A DNA stretch of 64,000 bases from Bacteroidota bacterium. GTDB lineage: Bacteria; Bacteroidota; Ignavibacteria; 0-14-0-80-59-12. The notes beneath the pieces were generated by a model. It was not told the origin of the DNA. It made no database searches and saw only the letters and a program-made list of their open reading frames with translations. Both the position numbers and the translations under genes were made by a program. The DNA lies in the NCBI GenBank assembly GCA_049973045.1, contig JBMFJZ010000003.1, forward strand, positions 142,319-206,318, written 5' to 3'. Shown in pieces: positions 1 through 9,484 of the stretch (its first letter is position 1; each line of letters opens with the position of its first letter).

Positions 1-35
1 AATAAAAAAGCGACACAGTTACTGCATCGCTTTTC
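1..35 (-). terminator. Rho-independent terminator for the 57..476 gene; hairpin aaaagcga/tcgctttt followed on the minus strand by TTTTTTATT
   Basis: Inverted repeat AAAAGCGAcacagttactgcaTCGCTTTT read directly; T-run on minus strand. Confidence 0.55.
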
Positions 36-56
36 ACTCTCCTAAAAGTTAGCTCA

Positions 57-476
57 TTATCGGAACATCGCCTTGATACTTCCCCATGTTCTCTTCACGC
101 TGGAAACGCTATGCAAGACATTGGCTTCCATAGTATCCGGGGGGCTTCCCTTGTTCACAATTAACAATCGATAGCGGTAGAACCTATCTGTAGGTTTGAA
201 CACCGATCGATCAATATACGTGTAGAGAGAATTATTGCCTTTGGGAAGAATAGGCTCAGGATTGATGATCACAAAATTACCTGAGGCACCATCATCTCGC
301 AGGAGATCAAAGTGATCTAACGAAGCCTCATTTCCGGTGCGCCATTCAAGAACAACGCCTTCGTCACTGCTCCGCGCAGTAAAGCTCCAGATCACAGCAG
401 CGGCAAGCACTGCTACAGCAGCAAAGCTCAGCACAAATAAAGCAATTGAAATTCGCCAGTGCATCTTCTTCGACAT
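57..476 (-). CDS. Small membrane-anchored hypothetical protein with an N-terminal TM helix and a beta-sandwich-like segment (VLEWRTGNE...YRYRL)
   Basis: ORF track; hydrophobic N-terminus ISIALFVLSFAAVAVLAAAVIW; no recognisable enzymatic motif. Confidence 0.5.
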   Translation of the reverse strand: MSKKMHWRISIALFVLSFAAVAVLAAAVIWSFTARSSDEGVVLEWRTGNEASLDHFDLLRDDGASGNFVIINPEPILPKGNNSLYTYIDRSVFKPTDRFYRYRLLIVNKGSPPDTMEANVLHSVSSVKRTWGSIKAMFR

Positions 477-691
477 TCAATATACAATGATAGTTTTAGA
501 AAATCAAGTCATGACTTCATTAATATAATTCGCAAAACCCTTTCGAAACGCTTTCTTCGCAAGATTCTCTGGAGCCAGTCAATAGTCCGCCTCTGGCGGG
601 TTAGAGCAAATGAAAGGTTAAGGTCATTCAGATTGGTCTTATCGGCACAAGCTGGTGGAGCGTGCATTTTTCTTGCTTAAAAATAAGAGCC

Positions 692-718
692 CTGATCCCA
701 CTTTGGGGGATCAGGGCT
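692..718 (-). terminator. Terminator hairpin immediately 3' of tRNA-Leu (CCCTGATCCC-loop-GGGATCAGGG, then TTATTTTT on minus)
   Basis: Perfect 10-bp inverted repeat plus T-run seen in sequence. Confidence 0.6.
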
Positions 719-723
719 TTCAG

Positions 724-807
724 TGCGGAAGGCGGGACTTGAACCCGCATGCCCTTTCGGGCGCCACCCCCTCAAGATGGTGTGTCTACCAGTTCCACCA
801 CTTCCGC
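724..807 (-). tRNA. tRNA-Leu (anticodon GAG), long variable arm
   Basis: Reverse complement GCGGAAGTGGTGGAACTGGTAGACACACCATCTTGAGGGGGTGGCGCCCGAAAGGGCATGCGGGTTCAAGTCCCGCCTTCCGCA. Acceptor 7 bp, anticodon stem CCATC/GGTGG, loop CTTGAGG, T-arm GCGGGTTCAAGTCCCGC. Closely resembles the E. coli Leu-GAG tRNA. Confidence 0.85.
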
Positions 808-897
808 AACCAATGAAGGCGTATGCGCCTGCACAAACAAAAATATAAAAGACGCTAATCTCTTTTGCAAGAAGCAACCGCACCAGCCGGTAGTTCC

Positions 898-1629
898 TCA
901 CTCAAAGATATTTTCAAGCCTTCGGTAGCTTGTGTGCATTTTTTCAATCGCAGCAACCACCTCTTTTTTACCTTGCCCCTTTTCAAGGGCGTCACGGACT
1001 AAAAGGAGTGACTTAGAAAGCTCATCACGCGCTTTCTCAAAAGCAGCTTTCTTACTGGCAAATTTCGATGGGAGTTCAGATGAATTAAGTACCTGCATTT
1101 TCGCTTGCAGTTCAATTACCGCTGTTCGTATTTTCACAGTGTCGTACGCTGGCAAATAATGGTGATAGAGCATGTACAATGTTCGATGAAAGTCATCAAT
1201 CTCTTTCATCGTCGGTTTGATTAATCGAACAAGTCCCTCGTACTGTGCATGAAGTTTTTCAGCGATTCTTAGAATCAGCGCGGTATCTGTTCCCTCAACT
1301 GCACTTTTGTAGTCATGAACCGTTATACCGAGATCCTTCACTCCACTTTCCCAGGCAGACTTCTTATCTCTGAGAATGCCGGGCAGTTCCGCTTTAGTCA
1401 GGTTAGTGTATCCTGCTTCGATGGCGGGTGCGAGTGAACGCATCAGCCCAACGTCTTTCTTTGGCCAGGCAACATGCCAAAGTTTGTATATCACAGCATG
1501 GTATTGCTTAAGCTCTTTGACTTCAGGATTTGTTTCTCCCTCATGAACCGACTGCGCAAAGGCTGCGACACTTAATGCCGCACACGTACAAAATAAGAAT
1601 AAAATAGCGTTTCGCATATTTTCCTCCAT
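898..1629 (-). CDS. Secreted all-helical hypothetical protein with a signal peptide; last gene of the ECF/TonB operon
   Basis: N-terminal signal LFLFCTCAALSVAAFAQ; 14-nt gap to the upstream M16 gene. Confidence 0.55.
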   Translation of the reverse strand: MEENMRNAILFLFCTCAALSVAAFAQSVHEGETNPEVKELKQYHAVIYKLWHVAWPKKDVGLMRSLAPAIEAGYTNLTKAELPGILRDKKSAWESGVKDLGITVHDYKSAVEGTDTALILRIAEKLHAQYEGLVRLIKPTMKEIDDFHRTLYMLYHHYLPAYDTVKIRTAVIELQAKMQVLNSSELPSKFASKKAAFEKARDELSKSLLLVRDALEKGQGKKEVVAAIEKMHTSYRRLENIFE

Positions 1630-1643
1630 GACAAAATAAGTAG

Positions 1644-4484
1644 TTAATCTGAAAGCATCTTGAGGATTCTCGATGAAATGCTTTGGTCGACGGGACCATC
1701 AACGACTATCACGAATCGGTCGGTCGTGAAGAACTTTCGAGCAACACTCAGTACGTCATCTTTGGTCACAGCAAGTATTCTATCAGCTCTTTTATCGAAG
1801 AAATCGAGTGGCTTCTTGTCTCGCAACATATCAAAGGTACGTGACGCTACATCATCAGGAGTCTCTATGTAGAACGGGAGAAGCCCGAGGAAATGCAGCT
1901 TCGCTCGGATCAATTCGCTGTCTGCAACTCCATGCTCAAGGAGTTTTTTAATTTCACGAAAGATCCCTGCAACAACTGAATCAACGTTTCCGGGAGCGGT
2001 CTTTGTATTGAACTTCCAGTATCCAACTTGATCTCCTTTCTCCCACAACTCGCTTTTGATGCCGTAGATCATGCCTCGCTTTTCGCGAAGCTCGATACCA
2101 ACCCGGGACGTGAGCGCACTCGACGCAAAGATGTAATTCAAGATATCAACGGCTTCCTCAATTGAATCAGGGATATCATTAAATGGCGCAAATCCAATGT
2201 TGATTGTAGCTTCAGTGTAGTCGCTATCTGTAAACACTCTCACGTCCTTTCCATGAAGCTCCGGCGCTGGGGGAATTGGTTTGGTTTCTGGAGGCGGTAC
2301 ATTGGCTTTCCATTTGCCGAAGTATTTATCAGCCAGTTTCCGCATCTCGCCGTGTGACATATCGCCCACCATCACGATTGTCAGCAACCTCGGATTAAAA
2401 TATTTGTGATGAAGGGAGATTAGGTCACTGCGCCTAATTGCTGTCAACGAGCTCTCAGTAGCCATAAATGTCGAGTATGGATGACCCCGGAAGATCTTGT
2501 CGAACATGTAGTAGAAAGCCACCTCTCTCGTCGTCTTTTTCCACTGACGAGCTCTTTCTATGTGACGGCTTAATACTTTATCAATGTCATCTTGCCTGAA
2601 GCCCGGTTCTGTGACAATCTTGTATCCCGTCCGCACCATTTCGTCGGCGTCTTTGGTCAGAGAGTAGCCTTGAAAATACAGCCTCTTATACGAGCCGTCA
2701 ACGCTGAAAGAATACGGAACATAGCCCATCCTTTCAGAAAGCTCGGCATACGTTATATCCTTTGTCCCTCTGTTCATTACATCGCAAAGAACGCTGACAA
2801 TACCTGGCTTACCTCCTCCAATTGTCTCTGGAATCAGGCCTGTTTCGAAAATTCCCCCAATAAAAATTGCCGGTGCGAGGTGATTCTCTATCGTATATAG
2901 TCTGATGCCATTGCTAAGCTTGTGAGCCTTGACCATTGGAGCAATCGGTTTAGGTCGCAGCAGCGTGGCGGTATCTATAGCTGTTGTCACGCTGGCTGCC
3001 GGCAGGTTGAAGGACGTCGTGTAGTTGAAAATCGCTTCATCATCGACTTCCTGAAATGGACAGACGTCAAGCTTTTCATCTTCAGCTTCGCCTGTTTCCG
3101 CGTCTGCACCTTTTTTCGGTTTGGCATCAGGCTTCGGCAGCCCGTAAAGAACAGTTGCCTGGTCTTGATTGAAATATTCTTGCATCACTCGCTGAACATC
3201 TTCTCGTGTTACAGCCGCGACACGCTTTGAAAACTCATCAATGTAGTCAAGTCCGTAGTATGCCTCATACATACTCAAGCGTGCACCGATGTCAGCATTC
3301 TTCGTATAGTCAGTCACCTGACTGAATTCAAATCGATTTTTCACGCGCTGCAATTCATAAAGGGTAACCAGCGAGTCCTGCATCCGTTTAATTTCATCCC
3401 ATACTATACGCTCAGCTTGATAGATATTGCTGTCGGACTTCACGGCGACAGTTATGCGGAATAGGCCCTCGTCTTTTGCTGTTGGCATTCCGCCTGTCGC
3501 CATCGTTGCAATTTGTGCTTCCTCAACGAGGCGCTTGTAGAGACGGGCAGTCCTACTACGTGCGCCCAATATCATTCCTGCAACGCGTAGAGGAGCGCCA
3601 TCTGGATGCTTCAGGTTTGGCACATGAAATGCTATGTGGAGAATTGGAGCGGTAATGTCATTGTGGTAAAGGGTGATCGTTTTCTTTGCCTTCTGAGGTT
3701 GTTCTTCGATATAAACGGGCGGTGGCTCAGGGCCCCGCGGAATCTGTCCATAGTATCGATTGACAAGTTTCAGAATCTGGTTTGTATCAAAATCACCCAC
3801 CAGGACAAGAAACGCATTGTTAGGGGTATAATACGACCGGTACCATTGATACGCTTGGTCACGGGTGATGTGTCTAATATCCGTAGGCCACCCGATAATC
3901 GGATCGCGGTTCGGGTGGCTCTGGTAAGCGACGGAGTTCATGTATTCATGCATAACTCCAGACACTGCGCTCTCACTGCGCATCCTTCGCTCCTGAAGAA
4001 TTACGTTCACCTCCGATCGGAATTCAGCGGTATCAAATCTGCAGTTCTGCATTCTGTCCGATTCAATATCAAATGCAATCTCAATCTTGTTCGCCGGTAA
4101 ATATTCAAAATAGCTCGTCATGTCATTCATTGTGAAAGCGTTGAAGACGCCAGAATTCTCAGATATTGTTTTTGCGATCTTTCCTTTGTCGTAACGAGCA
4201 GTACCTTTAAACATCATGTGCTCAACTATATGCGATATGCCCGTAATCCCGAGATGCTCGTTGCGAGAACCGACCCGATAGGTGAGTTGATGATAAACAA
4301 GGGGTGCTATATGGCGTTCCATGGTGAATACGACCAAACCATTTGGCAGCTCATGCCGATATACTTTTCCCTCTTGATATTGACCTGCCCACACAATCGA
4401 AGCAAGTAAGATTATTAAGGCAAGCGCGCTGATAAGTGTAGTTTGTTTGGTTTTCATTGCCTTCTCCATTTTAGGGTTTTCCAA
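1644..4484 (-). CDS. Secreted zinc metallopeptidase, M16 (pitrilysin/insulinase) family, two tandem M16 units (946 aa)
   Basis: Inverted-zincin motif HIVEHMMFKG (HxxEH) near the N-terminus; signal peptide; length fits a fused two-half M16. Confidence 0.85.
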   Translation of the reverse strand: MENPKMEKAMKTKQTTLISALALIILLASIVWAGQYQEGKVYRHELPNGLVVFTMERHIAPLVYHQLTYRVGSRNEHLGITGISHIVEHMMFKGTARYDKGKIAKTISENSGVFNAFTMNDMTSYFEYLPANKIEIAFDIESDRMQNCRFDTAEFRSEVNVILQERRMRSESAVSGVMHEYMNSVAYQSHPNRDPIIGWPTDIRHITRDQAYQWYRSYYTPNNAFLVLVGDFDTNQILKLVNRYYGQIPRGPEPPPVYIEEQPQKAKKTITLYHNDITAPILHIAFHVPNLKHPDGAPLRVAGMILGARSRTARLYKRLVEEAQIATMATGGMPTAKDEGLFRITVAVKSDSNIYQAERIVWDEIKRMQDSLVTLYELQRVKNRFEFSQVTDYTKNADIGARLSMYEAYYGLDYIDEFSKRVAAVTREDVQRVMQEYFNQDQATVLYGLPKPDAKPKKGADAETGEAEDEKLDVCPFQEVDDEAIFNYTTSFNLPAASVTTAIDTATLLRPKPIAPMVKAHKLSNGIRLYTIENHLAPAIFIGGIFETGLIPETIGGGKPGIVSVLCDVMNRGTKDITYAELSERMGYVPYSFSVDGSYKRLYFQGYSLTKDADEMVRTGYKIVTEPGFRQDDIDKVLSRHIERARQWKKTTREVAFYYMFDKIFRGHPYSTFMATESSLTAIRRSDLISLHHKYFNPRLLTIVMVGDMSHGEMRKLADKYFGKWKANVPPPETKPIPPAPELHGKDVRVFTDSDYTEATINIGFAPFNDIPDSIEEAVDILNYIFASSALTSRVGIELREKRGMIYGIKSELWEKGDQVGYWKFNTKTAPGNVDSVVAGIFREIKKLLEHGVADSELIRAKLHFLGLLPFYIETPDDVASRTFDMLRDKKPLDFFDKRADRILAVTKDDVLSVARKFFTTDRFVIVVDGPVDQSISSRILKMLSD

Positions 4485-4564
4485 ATCCGTATACCTAAAT
4501 CAATTATGCAGCCGGAAGACTCTTCCGTGTGGCCAACCAAAGCCTTCCAGCTGCATCCCTGGCG

Positions 4565-6778
4565 TTATTTGAGCAACAGCATCTTGTTGCGGGCAACTGC
4601 GTTCCCAAATCGTAATTCGTAAATATACACACCACTGGGTAGTCCACGTCCGTCAAAAAAAACTTCATGAACGCCCTGGGAATTGAAGCCGTCAACGAGG
4701 TTGCAAACAAGACGACCAAGCAAATCGTAAACGTTCAAAACTACGCGACCAGGCGTAGGCAAAGCATAATGGATTTTCGTTGTCGAATTGAATGGATTCG
4801 GATAGTTTGCCGCGAGATGGATTTCTTGTGGAAATATTGCGTGTTCATCCCGAACTGAGGTAACTGGAGCAGAAGTGTAGATCGAACTGTTTGATCCGGC
4901 AATCCAGGGATAGCCCGAATAGTCAACCGCACAAGAATAAAGACTCTGCTTAACGATGCTTGCGTCCAGGGAATACGGAGCCCACGATGCACCATTGGTA
5001 GTACTCAGAAGGCTATTGTTGCCAACTGCGTAACCAACTAGATTTGCTCCAACTCTGCGGAAACTCACTCTATTGAACTGCTCAGCGGCGCTATCGACAA
5101 ATGTCCAGCTCGCACCGGCATCGATAGACCGCAATATGATTTTATTTCCAACCGCAACAGCTGTGCTGCTATCAAGATATGCTATATCCCGCAAGTTGCT
5201 TGATAGCAGCGAGCCGGGTACCCCGCTGACATTGGCAGCCGACCAGGTGCTTCCCCCGTCACCGGTGTAAACAATTTTCAGCCCGTCACCAACAGCAGCT
5301 CCCTTTAGGGCGTTTCCAAACGCAACAGCGCGCAAAGCTTTATTTACTATCCCTGTCCTGATTGTCCATGTCTGCCCGCCGTCAGTAGTGTGGTAGATAA
5401 TATCAGTACCCGACTTTAGCTGGCCGACAACGATCCCATTCTGGCTATCGGTAAAGTAAACGCCGTAGCTGGCTGTAGTAGCAGAAACCGTATCAGGTAA
5501 AATCATTTGCCACGATTCTCCACCATCGGTTGTCTTAGCAACCATACGGTAGCTGCATGCCGCATAACCATTACGCTCATCCACGAAATAAATGTCTTGG
5601 ATGTTAGGTGACAAACCATTTGCATAGAGGTACTTCCCGCTCCACGTCTCGCCACCATTCGTTGTTTTCAATATTACTCCGCCATAACCGGCTGCGTAGG
5701 CTACCTTCGCGGACGCAAATTGAAGCGCATAGAGAGTTGAGCCCGGAACCTCTGTTACCAGAGTCGGTGTCTCCGACAGATTCACCCATCGAAAGATGGT
5801 TCCGCCGCTACCGACAATGAGGAACAGGTTTTTGCTGTAATGCGCGCCATAAAGAGTCACGCCCGATGGTACATTTGCCTTGTGCCAATGCACACCGCCA
5901 TCAGTAGTTGTTAGAACTACACTGCCTCTGGGACCACCGCCAGCGGCGACGCCTGTTAGCGTATCTTTGAAGACAACAGCGTACAAATTATCGTAAGTCC
6001 TGTCAGCGGAGTCCTGTGTCATGTACACCCAATTCGCACCCCCGTTAGTGGTCTTTAAAAGGATAGAGGGCTGAAGTCCAGCCGCAGAACTCCCCCAACC
6101 TACTGCGTACCCAACGAGTGGGGTGAAAAGATGTACTCCACGGATATCTGATCTCGTGTACGTAAAGCCACCCAGAGAAGGTGTTGGAGCTTTCGTCCAC
6201 GTTTGACCTCCGTCTGTTGTGTAGTACAAAACAGCCGCCGAAGACCCTACGACCACACCATTGGAACCATTAAACGAGAAGGCGTTGAATTCTTCATTGG
6301 CAACGTAATGAACGGTAGTCCATGTATTTCCACCATCCACGGTCTTCAGCACCCTCCCGTTCTTCCCCGACTCGGAGCTGAGAAGAAATCCGGTCAGCGC
6401 ATTCGTAAACTGGATACCGCGAACGCTCGCACCTGTTTCCGGGATTTCCGATAAGGTTGTCGCTCGCCATGTCATGCCTCCATCAGCGGTCTTCACCAGA
6501 GTCCGGCTGTAACCACCCACAAAACCAACATTAGCATTGAGGAAGAAAACCTTTTTCAGATCAGCTGTGGTTCCTGAAACTTGAGGCACCCATGTAATCC
6601 CACCGTCGTTCGTAACATAGATCGCACCACCAGAACCAACAGCCCATCCCCGGAGCGTATCCACCAAAAACACATCAGCAAAGCCTGGATACGTTGCTGT
6701 AGCAACCTGCCGCCAAGTCTGAGCTTGCAAGGACACAGCAACAAGAATCAGGAAAATAACAAATGACCAACGCTTCAT
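4565..6778 (-). CDS. BNR/Ycf48-like repeat beta-propeller protein with a T9SS (Por) C-terminal sorting domain
   Basis: About 12 repeats of T(D/N)GGxTW (TNDGGITW, TADGGMTW, TVDGGNTW and others); C-terminus NYPNPFN...GVYIYEL...LLLK typical of a T9SS CTD. Start moved to ATG 6778, which has GGAGG 5 nt upstream and begins a signal peptide MKRWSFVIFLILVAVSLQA. Confidence 0.8.
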   Translation of the reverse strand: MKRWSFVIFLILVAVSLQAQTWRQVATATYPGFADVFLVDTLRGWAVGSGGAIYVTNDGGITWVPQVSGTTADLKKVFFLNANVGFVGGYSRTLVKTADGGMTWRATTLSEIPETGASVRGIQFTNALTGFLLSSESGKNGRVLKTVDGGNTWTTVHYVANEEFNAFSFNGSNGVVVGSSAAVLYYTTDGGQTWTKAPTPSLGGFTYTRSDIRGVHLFTPLVGYAVGWGSSAAGLQPSILLKTTNGGANWVYMTQDSADRTYDNLYAVVFKDTLTGVAAGGGPRGSVVLTTTDGGVHWHKANVPSGVTLYGAHYSKNLFLIVGSGGTIFRWVNLSETPTLVTEVPGSTLYALQFASAKVAYAAGYGGVILKTTNGGETWSGKYLYANGLSPNIQDIYFVDERNGYAACSYRMVAKTTDGGESWQMILPDTVSATTASYGVYFTDSQNGIVVGQLKSGTDIIYHTTDGGQTWTIRTGIVNKALRAVAFGNALKGAAVGDGLKIVYTGDGGSTWSAANVSGVPGSLLSSNLRDIAYLDSSTAVAVGNKIILRSIDAGASWTFVDSAAEQFNRVSFRRVGANLVGYAVGNNSLLSTTNGASWAPYSLDASIVKQSLYSCAVDYSGYPWIAGSNSSIYTSAPVTSVRDEHAIFPQEIHLAANYPNPFNSTTKIHYALPTPGRVVLNVYDLLGRLVCNLVDGFNSQGVHEVFFDGRGLPSGVYIYELRFGNAVARNKMLLLK

Positions 6779-6863
6779 TATAAACCTCCACTTTCCAAAG
6801 TTTAACATTAGTGAATTACGAGACATCCATAAATGTTCAATCTTCTCATGTCAGAATATCCAC

Positions 6864-8360
6864 TCAACGTTGAGGCAGGCTTACCAAAACTTGCACAAGG
6901 CTGTTAGAATTCGCAACTACACCATTTGAAGCGTGTATCGAAGACCTAACGTACGAATACGTTGCAGCAATCTGGATTCCGCTTCCAAACTGGTATTGCC
7001 ATTCGGACCACGCGAAGAACCTGCGTGCATCATTTCCACCCACTACGGGGTCCGCATTTATCGCGCCGTAGCCAAGCCCCAGACGTACACCGACTCTGCT
7101 CAGCAAGGTACTCTCACCACCAATCTGCGCTCCAAATTGCAATGAACGCAATTCAGTAAAACGATTGTCAATGTATTTGCTCGAGTCGATTGCACAAACA
7201 CGCAGGGTTCCTTGTAAGAACATACGAGTTTCATGAGAAACTGACCGAGCAACAGTCAATATACCATGCACGTATTGATAGCTCCATTCCCAGATGAGGA
7301 GCTTCTTCGCTGACAACTCCGACCAGGAATTGGACACGCCTGCTTTAAGATTACCTGACATCTGAAAGTTATGCGACAGACGCCATTGCGCAAGAAGATC
7401 CCCCTGAAGGTTCTCAAATTGCGTGTAGCCATCTTCAGATTCTTTCAAGAAAGCAGTAGGTATAAGGGTCTGCAACTCAGTACGGTTTCCACGAAGATAA
7501 CCCATCAACGTGAAACTCTTGCAACTTAAGTTTGCAGCCTGCATTGAAATCTCCACACCGCTTAACCTTACCTTTTCCTCAAGACTTTGCCCTCTTCTCC
7601 TTGTGGCGTATAGGTCACCACGATAGGTAAACACGTCAACATCAAGCAACTCCTCCATCTTTGACTCGATTCTCTCTTGTGAACTATATACGCGGAAAGA
7701 TAAGCCATAAAGCATACGATTATTGCTATAGACAATCGCTCCAGTGCTGGCATCTACACTACGGACAACATTATGCGCCCTAGAATAGGCATTTTTCAGT
7801 CCATCGGAGACGCTGTACTCAATTGCCAGGCCTATTGTCAGATTCCGAATTGGGTTGAACGAATGGATAAATTCCACTTCGGGTCCATAATAGCGATAAT
7901 CTCCTTTGGAAGTGTCACTGATGAAAAAGGGATCTCCTAAGTAAGGCTGACTTCGAAGGGAGCCATGTATTCCCAATTCCTTCATCCCATAGTATTTGAA
8001 CCTGCCAAGGAAAGCACCGCTTTCTCCGAGCCTTTGCAAAGTCTGCGCGTTGAAGGAAGCTCCCTGCACTTCGTGCGGATCGAACAGCCTTCCAAAATGG
8101 TTGAACATGTCTCGCGCAGATGCTGTGACGTGAACGTAACCGCGAGTCATATCAAAAGAAAGTCCAGCCGGATTCCCACTAAATGTGTACAACCCAAGCT
8201 GCACCCCTGGCAATAGCATCTGTAAACACTCGCCGGTCTCTTCACTAACAATTGGTATTGCAAGATCTGAGCACGCAGGTAGAGTGACCAGAGTATCAAG
8301 CCCTGAGCCAAAAGCTGAACCTGCGTACATCATCAATGCTAAAGCAAATGCTTTCTTCAT
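6864..8360 (-). CDS. Putative outer-membrane beta-barrel protein (498 aa) with a signal peptide; may match the DUF6850-type OM proteins that accompany TonB receptors
   Basis: Signal MKKAFALALMMYAGSAFG; alternating aromatic/hydrophobic C-terminal strands (IQIAATYSYVRSS); the family assignment is from memory and not verified. Confidence 0.5.
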   Translation of the reverse strand: MKKAFALALMMYAGSAFGSGLDTLVTLPACSDLAIPIVSEETGECLQMLLPGVQLGLYTFSGNPAGLSFDMTRGYVHVTASARDMFNHFGRLFDPHEVQGASFNAQTLQRLGESGAFLGRFKYYGMKELGIHGSLRSQPYLGDPFFISDTSKGDYRYYGPEVEFIHSFNPIRNLTIGLAIEYSVSDGLKNAYSRAHNVVRSVDASTGAIVYSNNRMLYGLSFRVYSSQERIESKMEELLDVDVFTYRGDLYATRRRGQSLEEKVRLSGVEISMQAANLSCKSFTLMGYLRGNRTELQTLIPTAFLKESEDGYTQFENLQGDLLAQWRLSHNFQMSGNLKAGVSNSWSELSAKKLLIWEWSYQYVHGILTVARSVSHETRMFLQGTLRVCAIDSSKYIDNRFTELRSLQFGAQIGGESTLLSRVGVRLGLGYGAINADPVVGGNDARRFFAWSEWQYQFGSGIQIAATYSYVRSSIHASNGVVANSNSLVQVLVSLPQR

Positions 8361-8380
8361 CGCTTATTCGGCAACACTCA

Positions 8381-9484
8381 TCACTGATAACCCGGTGTAG
8401 GATGGGAAATGATTTCGAAATCAAGAGTCGAGTTATTGGTATCGTACCCAGGCTCTCGACGCTGCATTGACATACCCGAGTATCGAGGTGGGCTGAGAGT
8501 GAACCCACGATCCACCCTTGGATCAAGCGTTTTCCGGGCTGTCGGACTCCCATGGTATTCCACAGCATCGATGATAGTCCGAATATCAATCCCGTCCGAC
8601 CAAACGGAATCCTCCCCGGATGAAAGCACAACTATATCCCCAACCAAGTTAATGAGGAAATCCGTGGTACGGTCCGAACGCATATTGATTACATTCGGTA
8701 CATTGGGATTGTCAATATCTTCCGCCGAGTATTGGTTATAGAACTCCCAATCAGCATGGGAAAGGTCAATGCTTGTTGGACACGTCTTCCTATGGTCAAC
8801 AGCATCGGATGCTAAGACAACAAATTGCCTTGGTCTGATTGGGTAGTTATGTTCGCCCGGTGTACCTGGAAACTTGAAAGCATATGTTACACCATCAATG
8901 TCACCATCATTTCCTTCATCGGCGCCAGGACCCTTCCCGTCATTGTTTCCAGAAACTCTCATAACCATCATACCATCAAGATACTTTGTCTCACCACTTG
9001 CGTTATAGAGTTCAATAAACTGGTCAAAGAAAAAGAAGAAATTATTAACCGGTCCGCTACTATAAATCTCGTTGATTACAAGTCCGGTGCTAGACGTCGG
9101 TTCCACCATCACTGTCTCAACAACTGATGACGCAGGCGGGACTTCGATCTTCTCGAGACTTCCAACAAGCTGGATTGTCGGATCGCCTGGATATGGTGCT
9201 CTCGCAGTAACGGAGTACTCAGAACTCGGGAGTGACATCCACTGCGCTCTGCCAAACTCATCTGTGTAGCCAATTTTCATGCCGTATTCGCTGGAAAGGA
9301 TAACCTTCGCCCCGGCAACAGGAGCATATGCGGTTGAATCTTCAGCAGACGAGGTGTCGCTTAGAACCAGCAACACCAAATGGGATGTTCCATCCGCCTG
9401 AGTTGGTTTTTCCCTCATACAGCCCCCAAACGCGCCGGAACATACTGCAAGCCAAATTACAAAGCCAATGTACAGTGACCTCAT
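8381..9484 (-). CDS. Lipoprotein with a lamin-tail-domain-like fold (367 aa)
   Basis: Lipobox-like AFGGC; LTD signature VINEIYSSGP...FIELYNASGETKYLDGMMV; 4-nt overlap with the upstream TonB gene. Confidence 0.6.
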   Translation of the reverse strand: MRSLYIGFVIWLAVCSGAFGGCMREKPTQADGTSHLVLLVLSDTSSAEDSTAYAPVAGAKVILSSEYGMKIGYTDEFGRAQWMSLPSSEYSVTARAPYPGDPTIQLVGSLEKIEVPPASSVVETVMVEPTSSTGLVINEIYSSGPVNNFFFFFDQFIELYNASGETKYLDGMMVMRVSGNNDGKGPGADEGNDGDIDGVTYAFKFPGTPGEHNYPIRPRQFVVLASDAVDHRKTCPTSIDLSHADWEFYNQYSAEDIDNPNVPNVINMRSDRTTDFLINLVGDIVVLSSGEDSVWSDGIDIRTIIDAVEYHGSPTARKTLDPRVDRGFTLSPPRYSGMSMQRREPGYDTNNSTLDFEIISHPTPGYQ

